Origin: an uncultured delta proteobacterium
GTDB lineage: Bacteria; Myxococcota_A; Polyangia; Polyangiales; Houyiibacteriaceae
NCBI GenBank assembly: GCA_963699755.1
Contig: CAVOVB010000001.1
Coordinates: 96,001 to 160,000 of the forward strand
DNA: 64,000 bases
Direction: 5' to 3'
Part shown: piece by piece, positions 48,873 to 59,657 of the stretch
How positions within the stretch are numbered: the first letter of the stretch is position 1
Layout: each line of letters starts with the position of its first letter
The notes under the pieces: model-generated
Database searches by the model: none
Seen by the model: the letters and a program-made list of their open reading frames with translations, nothing else
What the model was told of the DNA's origin: nothing
Position numbers and translations under genes: made by a program

Positions 48873-49769
48873 TCAGCTCCTCACTGAATAGGTTCCAACT
48901 AAATAGGCCGGGCCACCCGGCGCGTCCCCGACAAAGACAGAGTCATCCTCGATGTAGAGGCCGACCTTGGCGGGCAGTACCAAGGGCTTGGTGAATTTCA
49001 CGTCGATCGACTCGAGCCTACTCACATCGCCGGAAAAGAGCGAACGGTTCAAGCCCTCGATAGCACGCGCCATGGTGGAGAACCCATGATTGATGATGTT
49101 GCGGAAGCCGTTGGCGCGAGCCGCGGGCGGAATCCAGTGAATGGGATTGAAGTCGCCGGTGAGCTTTGCGAAATCCAGGCCCACGTGCGTGCCGAGCTTC
49201 CAACGTCCGAGCTCCTTCGCCATGACGGGAACGCGCGGACGGTCATCTTCGCGCTTCGGCGATTTGTCACCGCCACCCAGGGGAACGATGCCGTACACGT
49301 CGCAGACGATCGCCTCGGGATGAGTCGATGTAGAGGTCGTCGCGCGCTGATGAATCACGGCGCGGCGTCCGTTGTCGTCGATGTCGAGAAGCTGCACCTT
49401 GAGCTCGTAGGGCTCGCCGAGCGGAAGGGGCGCGTTCATCTGGAGGCGGCTGCCGCCATTGAGGACACGCTGGATCGGGTACTGGAGCCCTTCGATGCCG
49501 CGTGCCTGAAGGGGGAAGACCCACTGCGGGAACAGATGAGCAGGGACCTGGCCACGATACCAGCCAGGGTCTCCGCCAACGTGCCGAATGTAGTCGCGCA
49601 CCAGGTCGGGCGGCCGCGCAGGGATTGTCGCCGAGACGATAGGGCCCGGAACCTCGGCCGGTGCCTTGTTGGGTTGCCCGGACGCGCTCTTCACTGCGAC
49701 GAAGGCCGCGCGAACGAGGGCGCCGAGCATCGGCCCCTGGTGCAAGATGTAACGCGAAGGTACCGACAT
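48873..49769 (-). CDS. MaoC-like double-hotdog dehydratase (HtdX-like)
   Basis: FAKLTGDFNPIH..HG, VKFTKPLVLP. Confidence 0.85.
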   Translation of the reverse strand: MSVPSRYILHQGPMLGALVRAAFVAVKSASGQPNKAPAEVPGPIVSATIPARPPDLVRDYIRHVGGDPGWYRGQVPAHLFPQWVFPLQARGIEGLQYPIQRVLNGGSRLQMNAPLPLGEPYELKVQLLDIDDNGRRAVIHQRATTSTSTHPEAIVCDVYGIVPLGGGDKSPKREDDRPRVPVMAKELGRWKLGTHVGLDFAKLTGDFNPIHWIPPAARANGFRNIINHGFSTMARAIEGLNRSLFSGDVSRLESIDVKFTKPLVLPAKVGLYIEDDSVFVGDAPGGPAYLVGTYSVRS

Positions 49770-49877
49770 ATCGATTCTCCGAAGTCGCCGGCTCGCCGTA
49801 GCCCCCGGCACTCGATCCAGCTCTCTACCATTTGGTAGGGAGCCGCGCAAACCCGGTCCCGCTGCTAGGCTTGGGCG

Positions 49878-51905
49878 ATGCCTAACCCGCTGATCCAACT
49901 CGGATTCGAGATTCCCTTCGACGAGATCGAGGCTGCGCACGTTGAGCCGGCGCTCGACGAGCTGCTGGCTCGGGCACAGGCGGCGATCGATGCCATCGCC
50001 ACGGGCCAAGAACCTCGAAGCTACGCCAACACGCTTGGCGCGCTCGAGGAGGCTACCGAGATGCTCGAACGGGCCTCGGCGGTGGTCGGTCATCTCGAAA
50101 GCGTGGCCACGGACGACGCGCTGCGCGCTGCGTACAACGCGACCCGCCCGAAGGTGAGTGCGTTCTGGTCGGAGCTCGCCATGAACGACGGGCTCTATCA
50201 GGCCGTCCGCGCGTTTGCGAGAACCGAGGAAGGCGCGGCGCTCCCTTCAACCGAGAAGCGCTTCTTGGAAAAGACGCTCGATGATTTCCGACGGCACGGC
50301 GCGGAGCTCAGCGCCGACGACAAGGAGAAGCTACAAGCCATCGAGATCGAGCTCACCAAGCTGACGACGCAGTTCTCGCAGAACGTCCTGGACGAAACCA
50401 ACGCGTTCGAGTTGCTCATCAGCGAAGAGAGCAGGCTTGCGGGCCTGCCTGATAGCGCAAAGCAAGCCGCGGCGGAGAACGCCAGGGCAAAGGGGCTAGA
50501 AGGCTGGCGCTTCACCCTACACGCCCCGAGCATGATCCCCGTGCTGACCTACCTCGACGACCCCGAGATACGCAAGCACGTTTGGCACGCCTCCAACACA
50601 CGTGCCGTTTCGGGCGAACGCGACAATCGCAAGATCATCGAGCGGATTCTCGAGCTTCGCCGCGCCAAGGCCGAGCTGCTCGGGTACGCGGACTTCTCCG
50701 ACCTAGTCACCGAGGACCGGATGGCCAAGGCAGGCGCGAAGGCCAAGGCGTTCATAGACGACCTCCGTTTGCGAACAGAGGAGGGGTTCCGCCGCGAGAA
50801 CCAGGCTCTTCAGGCCTTTCGGAAAGAGATCGAAGGCGACACGGCCCCCGCGCTCGAGCCCTGGGACATCGCCTACTACGCGGAGAAACAACGGCAGGCG
50901 AAATACGATTTCAACGAAGAAGAGCTTCGGCCCTACTTTCCGCTCGACCGCGTGCTCGACGGCCTCTTCGCGACCGCGGGGGCTCTCTATGAAATCGAGA
51001 TCGTCGAGCGAGACGCGAAAGTCTGGGATCGGGAGGTGAAGTCCTACGCCATCGAGGACCGGGACGGCACGATGGTCGCCGCGTTCTACGTCGACCTGTT
51101 TCCACGCGAGAACAAACGCGGCGGGGCCTGGATGACTTCGCTGATCAGCGCGCCGCATCGGGAGGGCCGGCCGGATCCGCAGCTCGGTTTGTTCTGCGCC
51201 AACGTCAATCCTCCAGTCGGTGGAAAGCCTGCCCTTCTGACCCATCGCGAGGTCGAAACCCTCTTTCACGAATTCGGTCATCTGCTGCACCACTGCTTCA
51301 GCCAGGTGAGCGTGCGGAGCCTCGCTGGCACCAATGTCGCCTGGGACTTCGTGGAGCTCCCCTCACAGATCATGGAGAACTGGTGTTGGGAACGGCGTGG
51401 CCTCGACCTATTCGCCGCGCACTATGAAACAGGCGAACCGGTCCCAGACGAGCTCTACGAAAAAATGGTCGCTGCGCGGACCTACCGCGCAGCCAATGCG
51501 CAGATGCGACAACTAGGCTTTGCAGCGGTCGACCTCGCCCTTCACCAGGACTACGACCCGACTCGAGACGGTGATGCGATGGACTATGCGAGAAAGATCA
51601 TCCAGGCGTATTCGTCGACCACGCTTCCGGGCGACTACGCGATGCTGGCCAGCTTCGGCCATGTGTTCGCGCATCCTACCGGCTATGCGTCTGGTTACTA
51701 CAGCTACAAATGGGCCGAGGTGCTAGACGCCGACGCCTTCACCCGCTTCAAACGCGAAGGCATCACCAATCCAGAGGTCGGACGCGCGTTCCGGGCCGCG
51801 ATCCTATCGAAGGGCAATAGCGACGAACCGGAGAAGCTCTACGAGGAGTTCATGGGGCGCGGGCCGGAGCTCGAACCACTGCTAGAGCGAACCGGGCTTG
51901 TGTAG
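49878..51905 (+). CDS. prlC: Oligopeptidase A (M3 family)
   Basis: LFHEFGHLLH, WDFVELPSQ, GYYSYKWAEVLDAD. Confidence 0.9.
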   Translation: MPNPLIQLGFEIPFDEIEAAHVEPALDELLARAQAAIDAIATGQEPRSYANTLGALEEATEMLERASAVVGHLESVATDDALRAAYNATRPKVSAFWSELAMNDGLYQAVRAFARTEEGAALPSTEKRFLEKTLDDFRRHGAELSADDKEKLQAIEIELTKLTTQFSQNVLDETNAFELLISEESRLAGLPDSAKQAAAENARAKGLEGWRFTLHAPSMIPVLTYLDDPEIRKHVWHASNTRAVSGERDNRKIIERILELRRAKAELLGYADFSDLVTEDRMAKAGAKAKAFIDDLRLRTEEGFRRENQALQAFRKEIEGDTAPALEPWDIAYYAEKQRQAKYDFNEEELRPYFPLDRVLDGLFATAGALYEIEIVERDAKVWDREVKSYAIEDRDGTMVAAFYVDLFPRENKRGGAWMTSLISAPHREGRPDPQLGLFCANVNPPVGGKPALLTHREVETLFHEFGHLLHHCFSQVSVRSLAGTNVAWDFVELPSQIMENWCWERRGLDLFAAHYETGEPVPDELYEKMVAARTYRAANAQMRQLGFAAVDLALHQDYDPTRDGDAMDYARKIIQAYSSTTLPGDYAMLASFGHVFAHPTGYASGYYSYKWAEVLDADAFTRFKREGITNPEVGRAFRAAILSKGNSDEPEKLYEEFMGRGPELEPLLERTGLV

Positions 51906-51952
51906 CCGCAGAGGCGATTCTGAGCATCGCCAAGTGGCTGAACCTGGCCGAG

Positions 51953-52555
51953 CTACTGCGCGACCGCATGCAAGTCGACGGAGACCTGAATGTCGTTGGC
52001 GATTTTGAGCCGCACAATCGACGGAACGGAAACGTCGTGGTCTTCGAGAGCAACCGTGAAGTCGGCTTTGATGTGAAGCTTCTTCCCGGACCAGTTCACG
52101 ACCCCCTTCGCGACGGCCGGCTTCGTGACCCCATGGGCCGTAAACTTGCCCTTGACCTGAACCTTCCGGTCCTTGCCCGGCTTGAGCTCGGGCGAGTCTT
52201 TCTTGCCGAGGATGACTTCGGTGATTTCGAAATAGATCTTCGGAGTCTTTTTGGCATCGAGCCAACCGTCGCCTCGGAGGTGCTCATCCCGCAGGTCGTT
52301 GTCGGTGGTCAGTGAAACGACAGGGACTTCGAACGAGCCGGTGGTCTTCGTGATGTCCACCGGATCCATGGTCAGGCTGCCGCTCACCTTCGAGCTCTTC
52401 CCAATCATCGTATCGAGCGGCGCATCGGAGACGAAGGTCGCGCCGCTCTTGCCGTCGGGACGTACTATGAATGTCGTCCCGTCCGCATGAGAAACCGCCG
52501 GGATGGCTATCCACGCGGCCAGCATCAGGCTCACTCTGGTGGCGTTCTTCGTCAT
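51953..52555 (-). CDS. YceI family protein
   Basis: Signal peptide, LTTDNDLRDEHL, G.FTAHGVTK. Confidence 0.85.
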   Translation of the reverse strand: MTKNATRVSLMLAAWIAIPAVSHADGTTFIVRPDGKSGATFVSDAPLDTMIGKSSKVSGSLTMDPVDITKTTGSFEVPVVSLTTDNDLRDEHLRGDGWLDAKKTPKIYFEITEVILGKKDSPELKPGKDRKVQVKGKFTAHGVTKPAVAKGVVNWSGKKLHIKADFTVALEDHDVSVPSIVRLKIANDIQVSVDLHAVAQ

Positions 52556-52639
52556 TCGCTCGTTCCCCCCTCGAAATTAAGTATGCAGCTTTTGGACGCG
52601 CTGTTCACCCCCGTTTGAACGCGCCGTTTACGCCCGTAT

Positions 52640-54232
52640 TCACGCGGCCGCGACGATCCGAGCGGTCTCGTGGAAGGTCCAACTGTCGTTGTCGCGCTCC
52701 GCCCGGCCGAGCTCCCACTCGTCTCGGAATAGGGCTACTGGGCGATTGTCTCGGTCCACGACGGCCATCGGGACCCGCCTGGCCTTCAGTGCCGCACAAT
52801 TTTCGACTCCCTCGATCCAGCGCGCGTGCTGATAGGGGAGAAGGTCGAAGGTCACGCGCGCCCCGTACTCGTGCTCGAGTCGAAACATGAGCACGTCGAA
52901 CTGCAGGCGGCCCACAACACCGCACACCGGATCCTTCTCGCGGCCCGGTTCCATGAAGAGTTGAACGGTGCCTTCTTCCGAAAGCTCCTGGATGCCTTTT
53001 TGAAGCTGCTTGCGTTTGAGCGGGTCGAGAAGCTGCAAACGTCCGAAGTGTTCCGGCGAAAACTGTGGGACCGCGTCGAAGCTCATGGGGCCGTCTGTCG
53101 AAAGGGTGTCACCGATTCGGAAGAGCCCCGGGTCGTAGAGGCCTACGATGTCACCCGCGTACGCCTGCAGTACGCTCTCGCGCTCCTGTGCGAAGAACTG
53201 CTCGGCCCGATTGAGCCGGATCTCTTTACCGAGCCGGAAGTGGTGGACGCGCATGCCTCCCTCGAACTTGCCCGAGCAGATGCGTGCGAATGCGATCCGG
53301 TCCCGGTGGGACGGATCCATATTGGCCTGCACCTTGAACACGAATGCGCTGAAGCGGTCGTCGGAGGGGCTCACCGTGATGCCACCGGTCGCTTCGCGCG
53401 CGCCCGGCGGGGGGCAAAGGTCCTTGAACGCATGCAAGAACGGCTCGACGCCGAAGTTGGTGAGGGCGCTGCCGAAGAAGACCGGCGTGATTTCACCGGC
53501 AAGGAACCGCCCTTTGTCCCAGTCCTCTCCAGCGCCGTCGAGGAGCTCGACCTCGTCGCGCAGGGTCTGCGCCGCCTCCTCGCCGAGCAGGGCGTCGAGC
53601 TCGGGGTCGTCGAGGCCAGCGACCTTCATCGCCGCACGCTTGGCTTGGCCCTCGGCCGATCGTTCGAAACGAATGACGAGCTTGTTCATGCGGTCGTAGA
53701 CGCCTTGAAACAAATCGCCGCTGCCGATCGGCCAGGTGAACGGCACGGTGCTCACGCCGAGCACTTCCTCGACCTCGCTCATCAAGGCGAAGGCATCTCG
53801 GGCCGGCCGGTCCATCTTGTTGATGAAGGTGACGACCGGCGTGTTGCGCATGCGGCACACGTGAAAGAGCTTTCGGGTCTGCGGCTCGACGCCTCGTGCG
53901 GCGTCGAGAATCATGATGCCGCAGTCGGCTGCCATCAGTGTTCGATAGGTGTCCTCGCTGAAGTCGTTGTGACCCGGCGTGTCGAGCAAGTTCCAGCGAA
54001 TCTCATCGTACTCGAACTGCAAGACGGAGGTCGTGACCGAAATGCCACGTTGCTTCTCGAGCGCCATCCAATCGCTGACCGCAGAGCGCTTCGCCTTGCG
54101 CGACTTGACGGCGCCGGCCGCATGAATGGCGCCTCCGTAAAGCAGAAGCTTTTCGGTCAAAGTCGTCTTTCCGGCATCCGGATGCGAGATGATCGCAAAC
54201 GTTCGCCGCCGCTGGTATTCGTTGTGGCTCAT
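52640..54232 (-). CDS. prfC: Peptide chain release factor 3
   Basis: RRTFAIISHPDAGKTTLTEKLL, DTPGHNDFSEDTYR. Confidence 0.96.
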   Translation of the reverse strand: MSHNEYQRRRTFAIISHPDAGKTTLTEKLLLYGGAIHAAGAVKSRKAKRSAVSDWMALEKQRGISVTTSVLQFEYDEIRWNLLDTPGHNDFSEDTYRTLMAADCGIMILDAARGVEPQTRKLFHVCRMRNTPVVTFINKMDRPARDAFALMSEVEEVLGVSTVPFTWPIGSGDLFQGVYDRMNKLVIRFERSAEGQAKRAAMKVAGLDDPELDALLGEEAAQTLRDEVELLDGAGEDWDKGRFLAGEITPVFFGSALTNFGVEPFLHAFKDLCPPPGAREATGGITVSPSDDRFSAFVFKVQANMDPSHRDRIAFARICSGKFEGGMRVHHFRLGKEIRLNRAEQFFAQERESVLQAYAGDIVGLYDPGLFRIGDTLSTDGPMSFDAVPQFSPEHFGRLQLLDPLKRKQLQKGIQELSEEGTVQLFMEPGREKDPVCGVVGRLQFDVLMFRLEHEYGARVTFDLLPYQHARWIEGVENCAALKARRVPMAVVDRDNRPVALFRDEWELGRAERDNDSWTFHETARIVAAA

Positions 54233-54302
54233 GCCCGCGCGGCAAGATAGTCACTGTCGTCGGTTGCGCCAGCCCGCGAACGTGCTGTGATCGGCGCTGC
54301 CG

Positions 54303-55244
54303 ATGGCGGGGCTATTTCCAGAGATCGAGCCTTATGATGCCGGACACCTTCGCGTCGATGACCTGCACTCGGTCTATTACGAGCAATGTGGCAATCCCAA
54401 GGGCAACCCGGCTGTTTTCGTCCACGGAGGGCCGGGTGGAGGATCGAGCCCGGTGCACCGAAGGTTCTGGGACCCCGAGGTGTACCGCATCGTCCTGTTC
54501 GACCAGCGAGGCTGCGGCCGGAGCACACCGCACGCGGAGCTGCGCAAGAACACGACCTGGGACCTCATCGGCGACATGGAATGCCTTCGGGAGCATCTCG
54601 GCATCGAGCGCTGGCAATTGTTCGGCGGCTCCTGGGGCAGCACTCTCTCTTTGGCCTACGCCCAAGAGCACCCGAACCGCGTCACCGACATGGTCCTGCG
54701 CGGCATCTTTTTGCTCAGGCAGCGCGAGATCGACTGGTACTACCAAGAAGGCGCGAGCCGGATCTTCCCAGAAGCGTGGCAGAGGTATCTCGAGCCAATT
54801 CCCGAAGATGAACGGGGCAATTTGGTGGATGCCTACTACCGCCGTCTAACCAGCGCCGACCGGTCTGAACGAATTCGAGCTGCACGCGCCTGGAGCATGT
54901 GGGAAGGCAGCACGAGCAGGCTCGTCCCCGACCCAGAATTGATCGAACGCACCGGAGACGAAACCTTCGCAGAAGCATTCGCCCGCATCGAATGCCACTA
55001 CTTCATCAACCGCGGCTTCTTCCAAGATGACAACCATCTGCTCAACAACATCGACCGCATCAAACACATCCCCGCAGTCATCGTCCAAGGCCGCTACGAC
55101 ATCGTCTGCCCCCCAGAAAGCGCCTACCAACTCCACCAAGCCTGGCCCAACAGCACCCTGAAGATAGCCCCGCTTTCCGGGCACTCCGCCCTAGAACCCG
55201 AAATCACCGCGCTGCTAGTAAGGGAAGGCTCTCCTGCCGCATAA
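54303..55244 (+). CDS. pip: Proline iminopeptidase
   Basis: HGGPG, DQRGCGRS, GGSWG, QGRYD, GHS. Confidence 0.93.
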   Translation: MAGLFPEIEPYDAGHLRVDDLHSVYYEQCGNPKGNPAVFVHGGPGGGSSPVHRRFWDPEVYRIVLFDQRGCGRSTPHAELRKNTTWDLIGDMECLREHLGIERWQLFGGSWGSTLSLAYAQEHPNRVTDMVLRGIFLLRQREIDWYYQEGASRIFPEAWQRYLEPIPEDERGNLVDAYYRRLTSADRSERIRAARAWSMWEGSTSRLVPDPELIERTGDETFAEAFARIECHYFINRGFFQDDNHLLNNIDRIKHIPAVIVQGRYDIVCPPESAYQLHQAWPNSTLKIAPLSGHSALEPEITALLVREGSPAA

Positions 55245-55278
55245 CCGCCAGCTGCTTGGAGCTTAGGACTGTGTCCTT

Positions 55279-56952
55279 CTAGCGGGAGAACTTGCGGTAC
55301 TTGATTCGGTGCGGGACGTCGGCTTCGGTGCCTAGGCGGGCTTTGCGGTCGGCGGCGTAGTCGGCGTAGGAGCCTTCGTGCCAGACGACGCAGCTGTCAC
55401 CTTCGAACGCCAGGATATGGGTGCAGATTCGGTCGAGGAACCAGCGATCATGGCTGATGATCATCGCGCAACCGGGGAAGGCCAAGATCGCTTCTTCTAA
55501 CGAGCGTAGTGTTTCTACGTCGATGTCGTTGGTGGGCTCGTCGAGAAGCAGGACATTGCCGCCGCTCTTCAGGAGCTTCGCGAGGTGAACGCGGTTGCGC
55601 TCGCCCCCGGAGAGGTTCTTGACGGGCTTTTGCTGATCACTGCCGCGGAAGTTGAACCAGCCGACGTATGCGCGCGACTTCACAGTGCCTCCGCCAACGT
55701 CGATCTCGTCGGCGCCCCCCGTGATCTCCTTGAACACGTTGTTCCCATCGTCGAGCGTCTCGCGGCTCTGGTCCACGTACGAAAGCACGACGGTATCGCC
55801 TGTGACGATCGTCCCCGAATCGGGCGTCTCCTGGCCCACCAGCATTCGAAACAAGGTCGTCTTGCCAGCACCGTTCGGCCCGACGATGCCGACGATCGCC
55901 CCGCGCGGCACGACGGAGCTCAGGTCTTCGAAAAGGAGCTTGTCACCATACGCCTTGCTCACGCCATTGAGCTCGAACACCTGTGTCCCAAGCCGAGGCC
56001 CGGGAGGAATACGAATCTCATTGGCATCGGCGCGGGCCTTGGCCGCATCGGCGACCAGGCTCTCGAACGCAGTGATGCGCGCCTTGCTCTTGGCTTGTCT
56101 GGCCTTCGGCGATGAACGCACCCACTCGAGCTCTGTGGCAATCCTGCGCTTCCGCGAGCTGTCCTTCTTTTCTTCTTGGGCGAGCCGCGCTTCCTTGGCT
56201 TCGAGCCACTGGGAGTAGTTGCCTTTGAAGGGGTGCGCGTCACCGCGGTCGAGCTCGAGGATCCACTCCACGATCTCGTCCAAGAAGTACCGATCATGGG
56301 TCACGAGGATCACGCAGCCGGGATACTTCTGGAGGTAGCCCTGTAACCATGCGACCGACTCGGCGTCGAGGTGGTTGGTTGGCTCGTCGAGCAGCAAGAG
56401 CTCCGGCTTTTCGAGCAGCAATCGGCAAAGCGCGACTCGACGTTTCTCACCACCGGAAAGCAAGCTCGGGTCGGCATCGGCAGGCGGCAGGCGAAGCGCG
56501 TCCATCGCGATCTCGAGCGTGCTCTCCAAGTTCCAGCCATCGACAGCGTCGATCTTGTCCTGAAGGGCTCCTTGCCGGTCGAGCAACTTCGCCATCGCCT
56601 CGTCGCTCATCGGCTCGCCAAGCTTCATGCTCAGCTCGTTGAACTCGTCGAGAATCGCGCGCACCGACGAAACACCGGCCTCGACCGCTTCCAAAACGGT
56701 CTTAGCGTCCCCGAGGTCCGGTTCCTGAGACAGGTAGCCCACCTTCGCACCGGGGCGAATCCACGCCTCGCCCGTGAAGCTGTCGTCGACACCAGCCATG
56801 ATGCGCAGAAGCGAGGATTTACCGCTGCCGTTCACACCAATGACCCCTATCTTCGCGTTCGGAAGGAACGAAAGATAGAGGTCTTCGATGATCTTCTTGT
56901 CCGGGGGATGGACCTTCGTCACCCCCTTCATCGTGAAGATGAATTCTGCCAT
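55279..56952 (-). CDS. ettA: Energy-dependent translational throttle ABC-F protein
   Basis: Two ABC domains, LEWVRSSPKARQAKSKARI linker, PHRIKYRK end. Confidence 0.95.
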   Translation of the reverse strand: MAEFIFTMKGVTKVHPPDKKIIEDLYLSFLPNAKIGVIGVNGSGKSSLLRIMAGVDDSFTGEAWIRPGAKVGYLSQEPDLGDAKTVLEAVEAGVSSVRAILDEFNELSMKLGEPMSDEAMAKLLDRQGALQDKIDAVDGWNLESTLEIAMDALRLPPADADPSLLSGGEKRRVALCRLLLEKPELLLLDEPTNHLDAESVAWLQGYLQKYPGCVILVTHDRYFLDEIVEWILELDRGDAHPFKGNYSQWLEAKEARLAQEEKKDSSRKRRIATELEWVRSSPKARQAKSKARITAFESLVADAAKARADANEIRIPPGPRLGTQVFELNGVSKAYGDKLLFEDLSSVVPRGAIVGIVGPNGAGKTTLFRMLVGQETPDSGTIVTGDTVVLSYVDQSRETLDDGNNVFKEITGGADEIDVGGGTVKSRAYVGWFNFRGSDQQKPVKNLSGGERNRVHLAKLLKSGGNVLLLDEPTNDIDVETLRSLEEAILAFPGCAMIISHDRWFLDRICTHILAFEGDSCVVWHEGSYADYAADRKARLGTEADVPHRIKYRKFSR

Positions 56953-56955
56953 GAG

Positions 56956-58572
56956 CTATTGGGCTGTGCGTCTCCTCGTCAGCCACATAGCAACGAAGCA
57001 AAGGGCGATCCAACCGAGCGAAGCGCTCTTCGCCGCGCTCACGCTGCAGCCATCGGAGCTGCTCACATCTCCGTTTGGCGCGCTCTTCCGGTCGCCCTCC
57101 TCGGGCTCACCCTTTGGCGCCGTTTCGAGCGCGCCGGCTTCGAGGTCGAGCTCGGGGATGTCGGTTTGGATCAGGCCCGGTAGCTGCTTGGTCAAGGTCT
57201 TGCCGGCTCCACCCTTGAGAGCGGTGTTGCCCGCGGCAAACGGACGCGGCTCTGGGCCGCCAGGCGGTCCTCCCCAAATCCCACGCTGTGGATTTTCACA
57301 GGCGACCTCTCCCTCCCAGGGATGCAGAATCACGTAGCGCCCTTGGAAGTTGTTCATGCTCGACGCCTGCGCGCGTCGTTCCCCGAGCTGGCCCTCTTGG
57401 TCGGGCATCCCGCGACCGCCCACGATCGGACCGGCCGCACGGAACACCAGGTCCTCATCGAGCCCGTCCTTGTCGTAGCGATAGTGCAATCGAGTGAGCA
57501 CGAAGCTAGACGGCTGCCAGCGAGGCGGAGGCCGCCTTTGCGGGACCACGCCAGGAATGTCGGAGTAGGGATCCGTCTCCGCTGGGACGAGCACGTCGGC
57601 TCCGAGGGTCGCCAGCTCGTCGGGCCTGAGCGGCGGTTCGGGACATGGATCGCAGCTCGTGGCGTCCCAGGAATACTCGGTGACCACAGCCCCCGGGTTC
57701 TTCTCGATCGTCCTTTCAAAAAGCGCGTCGTAGAACGCACCAAAGCTCTTCCGAACGCTGTCCTCGACGCGGATGTTGGTCGGGATCGAGGCGTTCTTGT
57801 AGTTGGCGACCTCGTAGCGCTGCTGCTTTCCGAGAAGGTGGACGATCAAGTCCTGCTTGCCCGCGCTATTGAGGAGCCCGAGTCGAACGGGAAGCGTGAA
57901 GGTCGGCGCGTCGTAGTGAAAGCGCAGCGGCGAAAGCACCGCAATGCCGTCCTTGAACTTCACCTTCTTGGCGTCGACCTTGGCCACGAAGAACTTGGTG
58001 TCCTGCTCCACGTAAGGTCGAAGCACCTTTTCAGCGCCCTTCGGGATGTTGTATTTGTTCTGCCGAAGCCACTTGTCGAGGCCGCTCGAATCCGTGGCGC
58101 TCAAGATGACGATATCGTACTCGGCAACTTTGAACTGTGCTTCGATGGTGACGCCCAGCTCCTCGTCCTGTGCACCGTCGGCCATGGACTTGGACCTTCT
58201 CGCCATCGGCCCACCGGCGGCCATCTCGTAGACGACCATCGGACGACAGGGATCCTGCTCCCAATACTCCACCAGTCGCGGCGCCGCGAGCTTGTCGACC
58301 CGCGAAAAGATCTCCGGTGGCAGAGTCTTCACATTGTCTTCCTGCAGAACGACCGGCACCGGCACGATCATCGCGAAGTCTTCGGGCGGACCCTGGTAGT
58401 TGTTCTGCATCGACAGCACGGTTCGCGTGCCCTCGCGCATCATCACGACCATGGTCGCGTTGTTGTAGAGCGAGGCATCTGCCCCGCTCACGTAAAACCC
58501 ACAAAACGCGCGTGACGTCGTCGGCCAGGCCATGACCACACACAAACCCGAAATAGCGATTGCTTGCTTCAT
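56956..58572 (-). CDS. DUF2330 protein with a MYXO-CTERM-like tail
   Basis: AFCGFYV, APRLVEYWEQDPC, VLTRLH.RY. C-terminal GCSV..TM..RRR. Confidence 0.85.
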   Translation of the reverse strand: MKQAIAISGLCVVMAWPTTSRAFCGFYVSGADASLYNNATMVVMMREGTRTVLSMQNNYQGPPEDFAMIVPVPVVLQEDNVKTLPPEIFSRVDKLAAPRLVEYWEQDPCRPMVVYEMAAGGPMARRSKSMADGAQDEELGVTIEAQFKVAEYDIVILSATDSSGLDKWLRQNKYNIPKGAEKVLRPYVEQDTKFFVAKVDAKKVKFKDGIAVLSPLRFHYDAPTFTLPVRLGLLNSAGKQDLIVHLLGKQQRYEVANYKNASIPTNIRVEDSVRKSFGAFYDALFERTIEKNPGAVVTEYSWDATSCDPCPEPPLRPDELATLGADVLVPAETDPYSDIPGVVPQRRPPPRWQPSSFVLTRLHYRYDKDGLDEDLVFRAAGPIVGGRGMPDQEGQLGERRAQASSMNNFQGRYVILHPWEGEVACENPQRGIWGGPPGGPEPRPFAAGNTALKGGAGKTLTKQLPGLIQTDIPELDLEAGALETAPKGEPEEGDRKSAPNGDVSSSDGCSVSAAKSASLGWIALCFVAMWLTRRRTAQ

Positions 58573-58668
58573 CGATAGCTCCTCACTTGGCCTGGTAGAC
58601 GCACGAGCGCGCAATTCGGATCTATTTCATGAAAACCAATGAATTCCGGCTGGATGAACCGGTCGCGG

Positions 58669-59625
58669 CTAGTTCTTGATATCGATGAGCTCGACGTCGA
58701 AGACGAGCATCCCAGCGGGGCGTCCAGGTCGGCCACCGTAGGCCAGGTTCTCGGGGATCCAGAGTCGTCGCTTCTCTCCGACCACCATGAGCTGCAAGGC
58801 CTCGGTCCAGCCAGGAATCACTCGGTTGAGACCAAAGGTCGCGGGCGTCCCGCGTACGACGGAGCTGTCGAACATCTGCCCGTCAGTCGTCCACCCCGTG
58901 TAGTGCACGGTCACGACGCTCGTGGCGCTGGGATGCTCCGTACCCGTTCCCTTCTCGAGCACGCGCGAACCAAGGCCGGACTCGGTCTTCTTCGCGTTCT
59001 TCGGAATCTTCGCGACATCCTTGGGTGTGTCAGGTGGCTTAGGGGCCTCGTTGAAGCTGATGAGCTCCACGTCGAACACCAGGGTGCCCCGGGGCGGACC
59101 GAACGCGGCGTGCGGATCGTTGTCCGGCGCATCGCCATAGGCGAGGTCGCCCGGGATCCAGAAGCGGCGCTTTTCGCCGGCAACCATCATCTGCACGCCT
59201 TCGGTCCAACCTTTGATGACCCGATTGAGCGGAAACTCGGCGGGCTGCCCACGCTTCACCGAGCTATCAAACATCCGCCCTTCGGTGGTCCAGCCGGTGT
59301 AGTTGACCTTTACGATGTCTGCCGCAGATGGGTGCTTGTCGCCGGTGCCCGCCTGTAAGACGGTCCAGGCGAGGCCGGACTCGCTACGCTCGGCATTCTC
59401 TGGGGGCGCGGCTACGTCGGCAGGCGCGGGAATCGCGGCATTCGCGTCGGCTTCAGCCTCGCTCTTTGGAGCGGCTGCTTCGTTCTCAGCGGCTTCGGCT
59501 TTCTCAGCTTCGACTTCGGTCTTGGCGGCGGGCTCGCCGTCAGCCGGTACGGGTTCGCTGCTCTTGCAGGCGGTCAGCGCGGCGCCGAGCACCACGCAGC
59601 AAAGAAGGGTCCAGACATCTTTCAT
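58669..59625 (-). CDS. Lipoprotein with two FKBP-type PPIase domains
   Basis: Lipobox LTAC, two copies of YTGWT..G.MFDSS and LVFDVELI. Confidence 0.92.
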   Translation of the reverse strand: MKDVWTLLCCVVLGAALTACKSSEPVPADGEPAAKTEVEAEKAEAAENEAAAPKSEAEADANAAIPAPADVAAPPENAERSESGLAWTVLQAGTGDKHPSAADIVKVNYTGWTTEGRMFDSSVKRGQPAEFPLNRVIKGWTEGVQMMVAGEKRRFWIPGDLAYGDAPDNDPHAAFGPPRGTLVFDVELISFNEAPKPPDTPKDVAKIPKNAKKTESGLGSRVLEKGTGTEHPSATSVVTVHYTGWTTDGQMFDSSVVRGTPATFGLNRVIPGWTEALQLMVVGEKRRLWIPENLAYGGRPGRPAGMLVFDVELIDIKN

Positions 59626-59657
59626 GGAGGCTTGGTAGCCGACTGAGCGCGCGCTGT

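Noticed and set aside
52826..54250. 474-aa + strand ORF and similar antisense ORFs (16527-17921, 57322-58515, 10838-11944)
   Set aside because: Antisense shadows of well-supported genes, expected from high-GC codon bias.
54980..55244. C-rich, G-poor 3' end of pip as foreign DNA
   Set aside because: The reading frame and motifs continue normally. The skew at a convergent gene end is better explained by termination-related bias.
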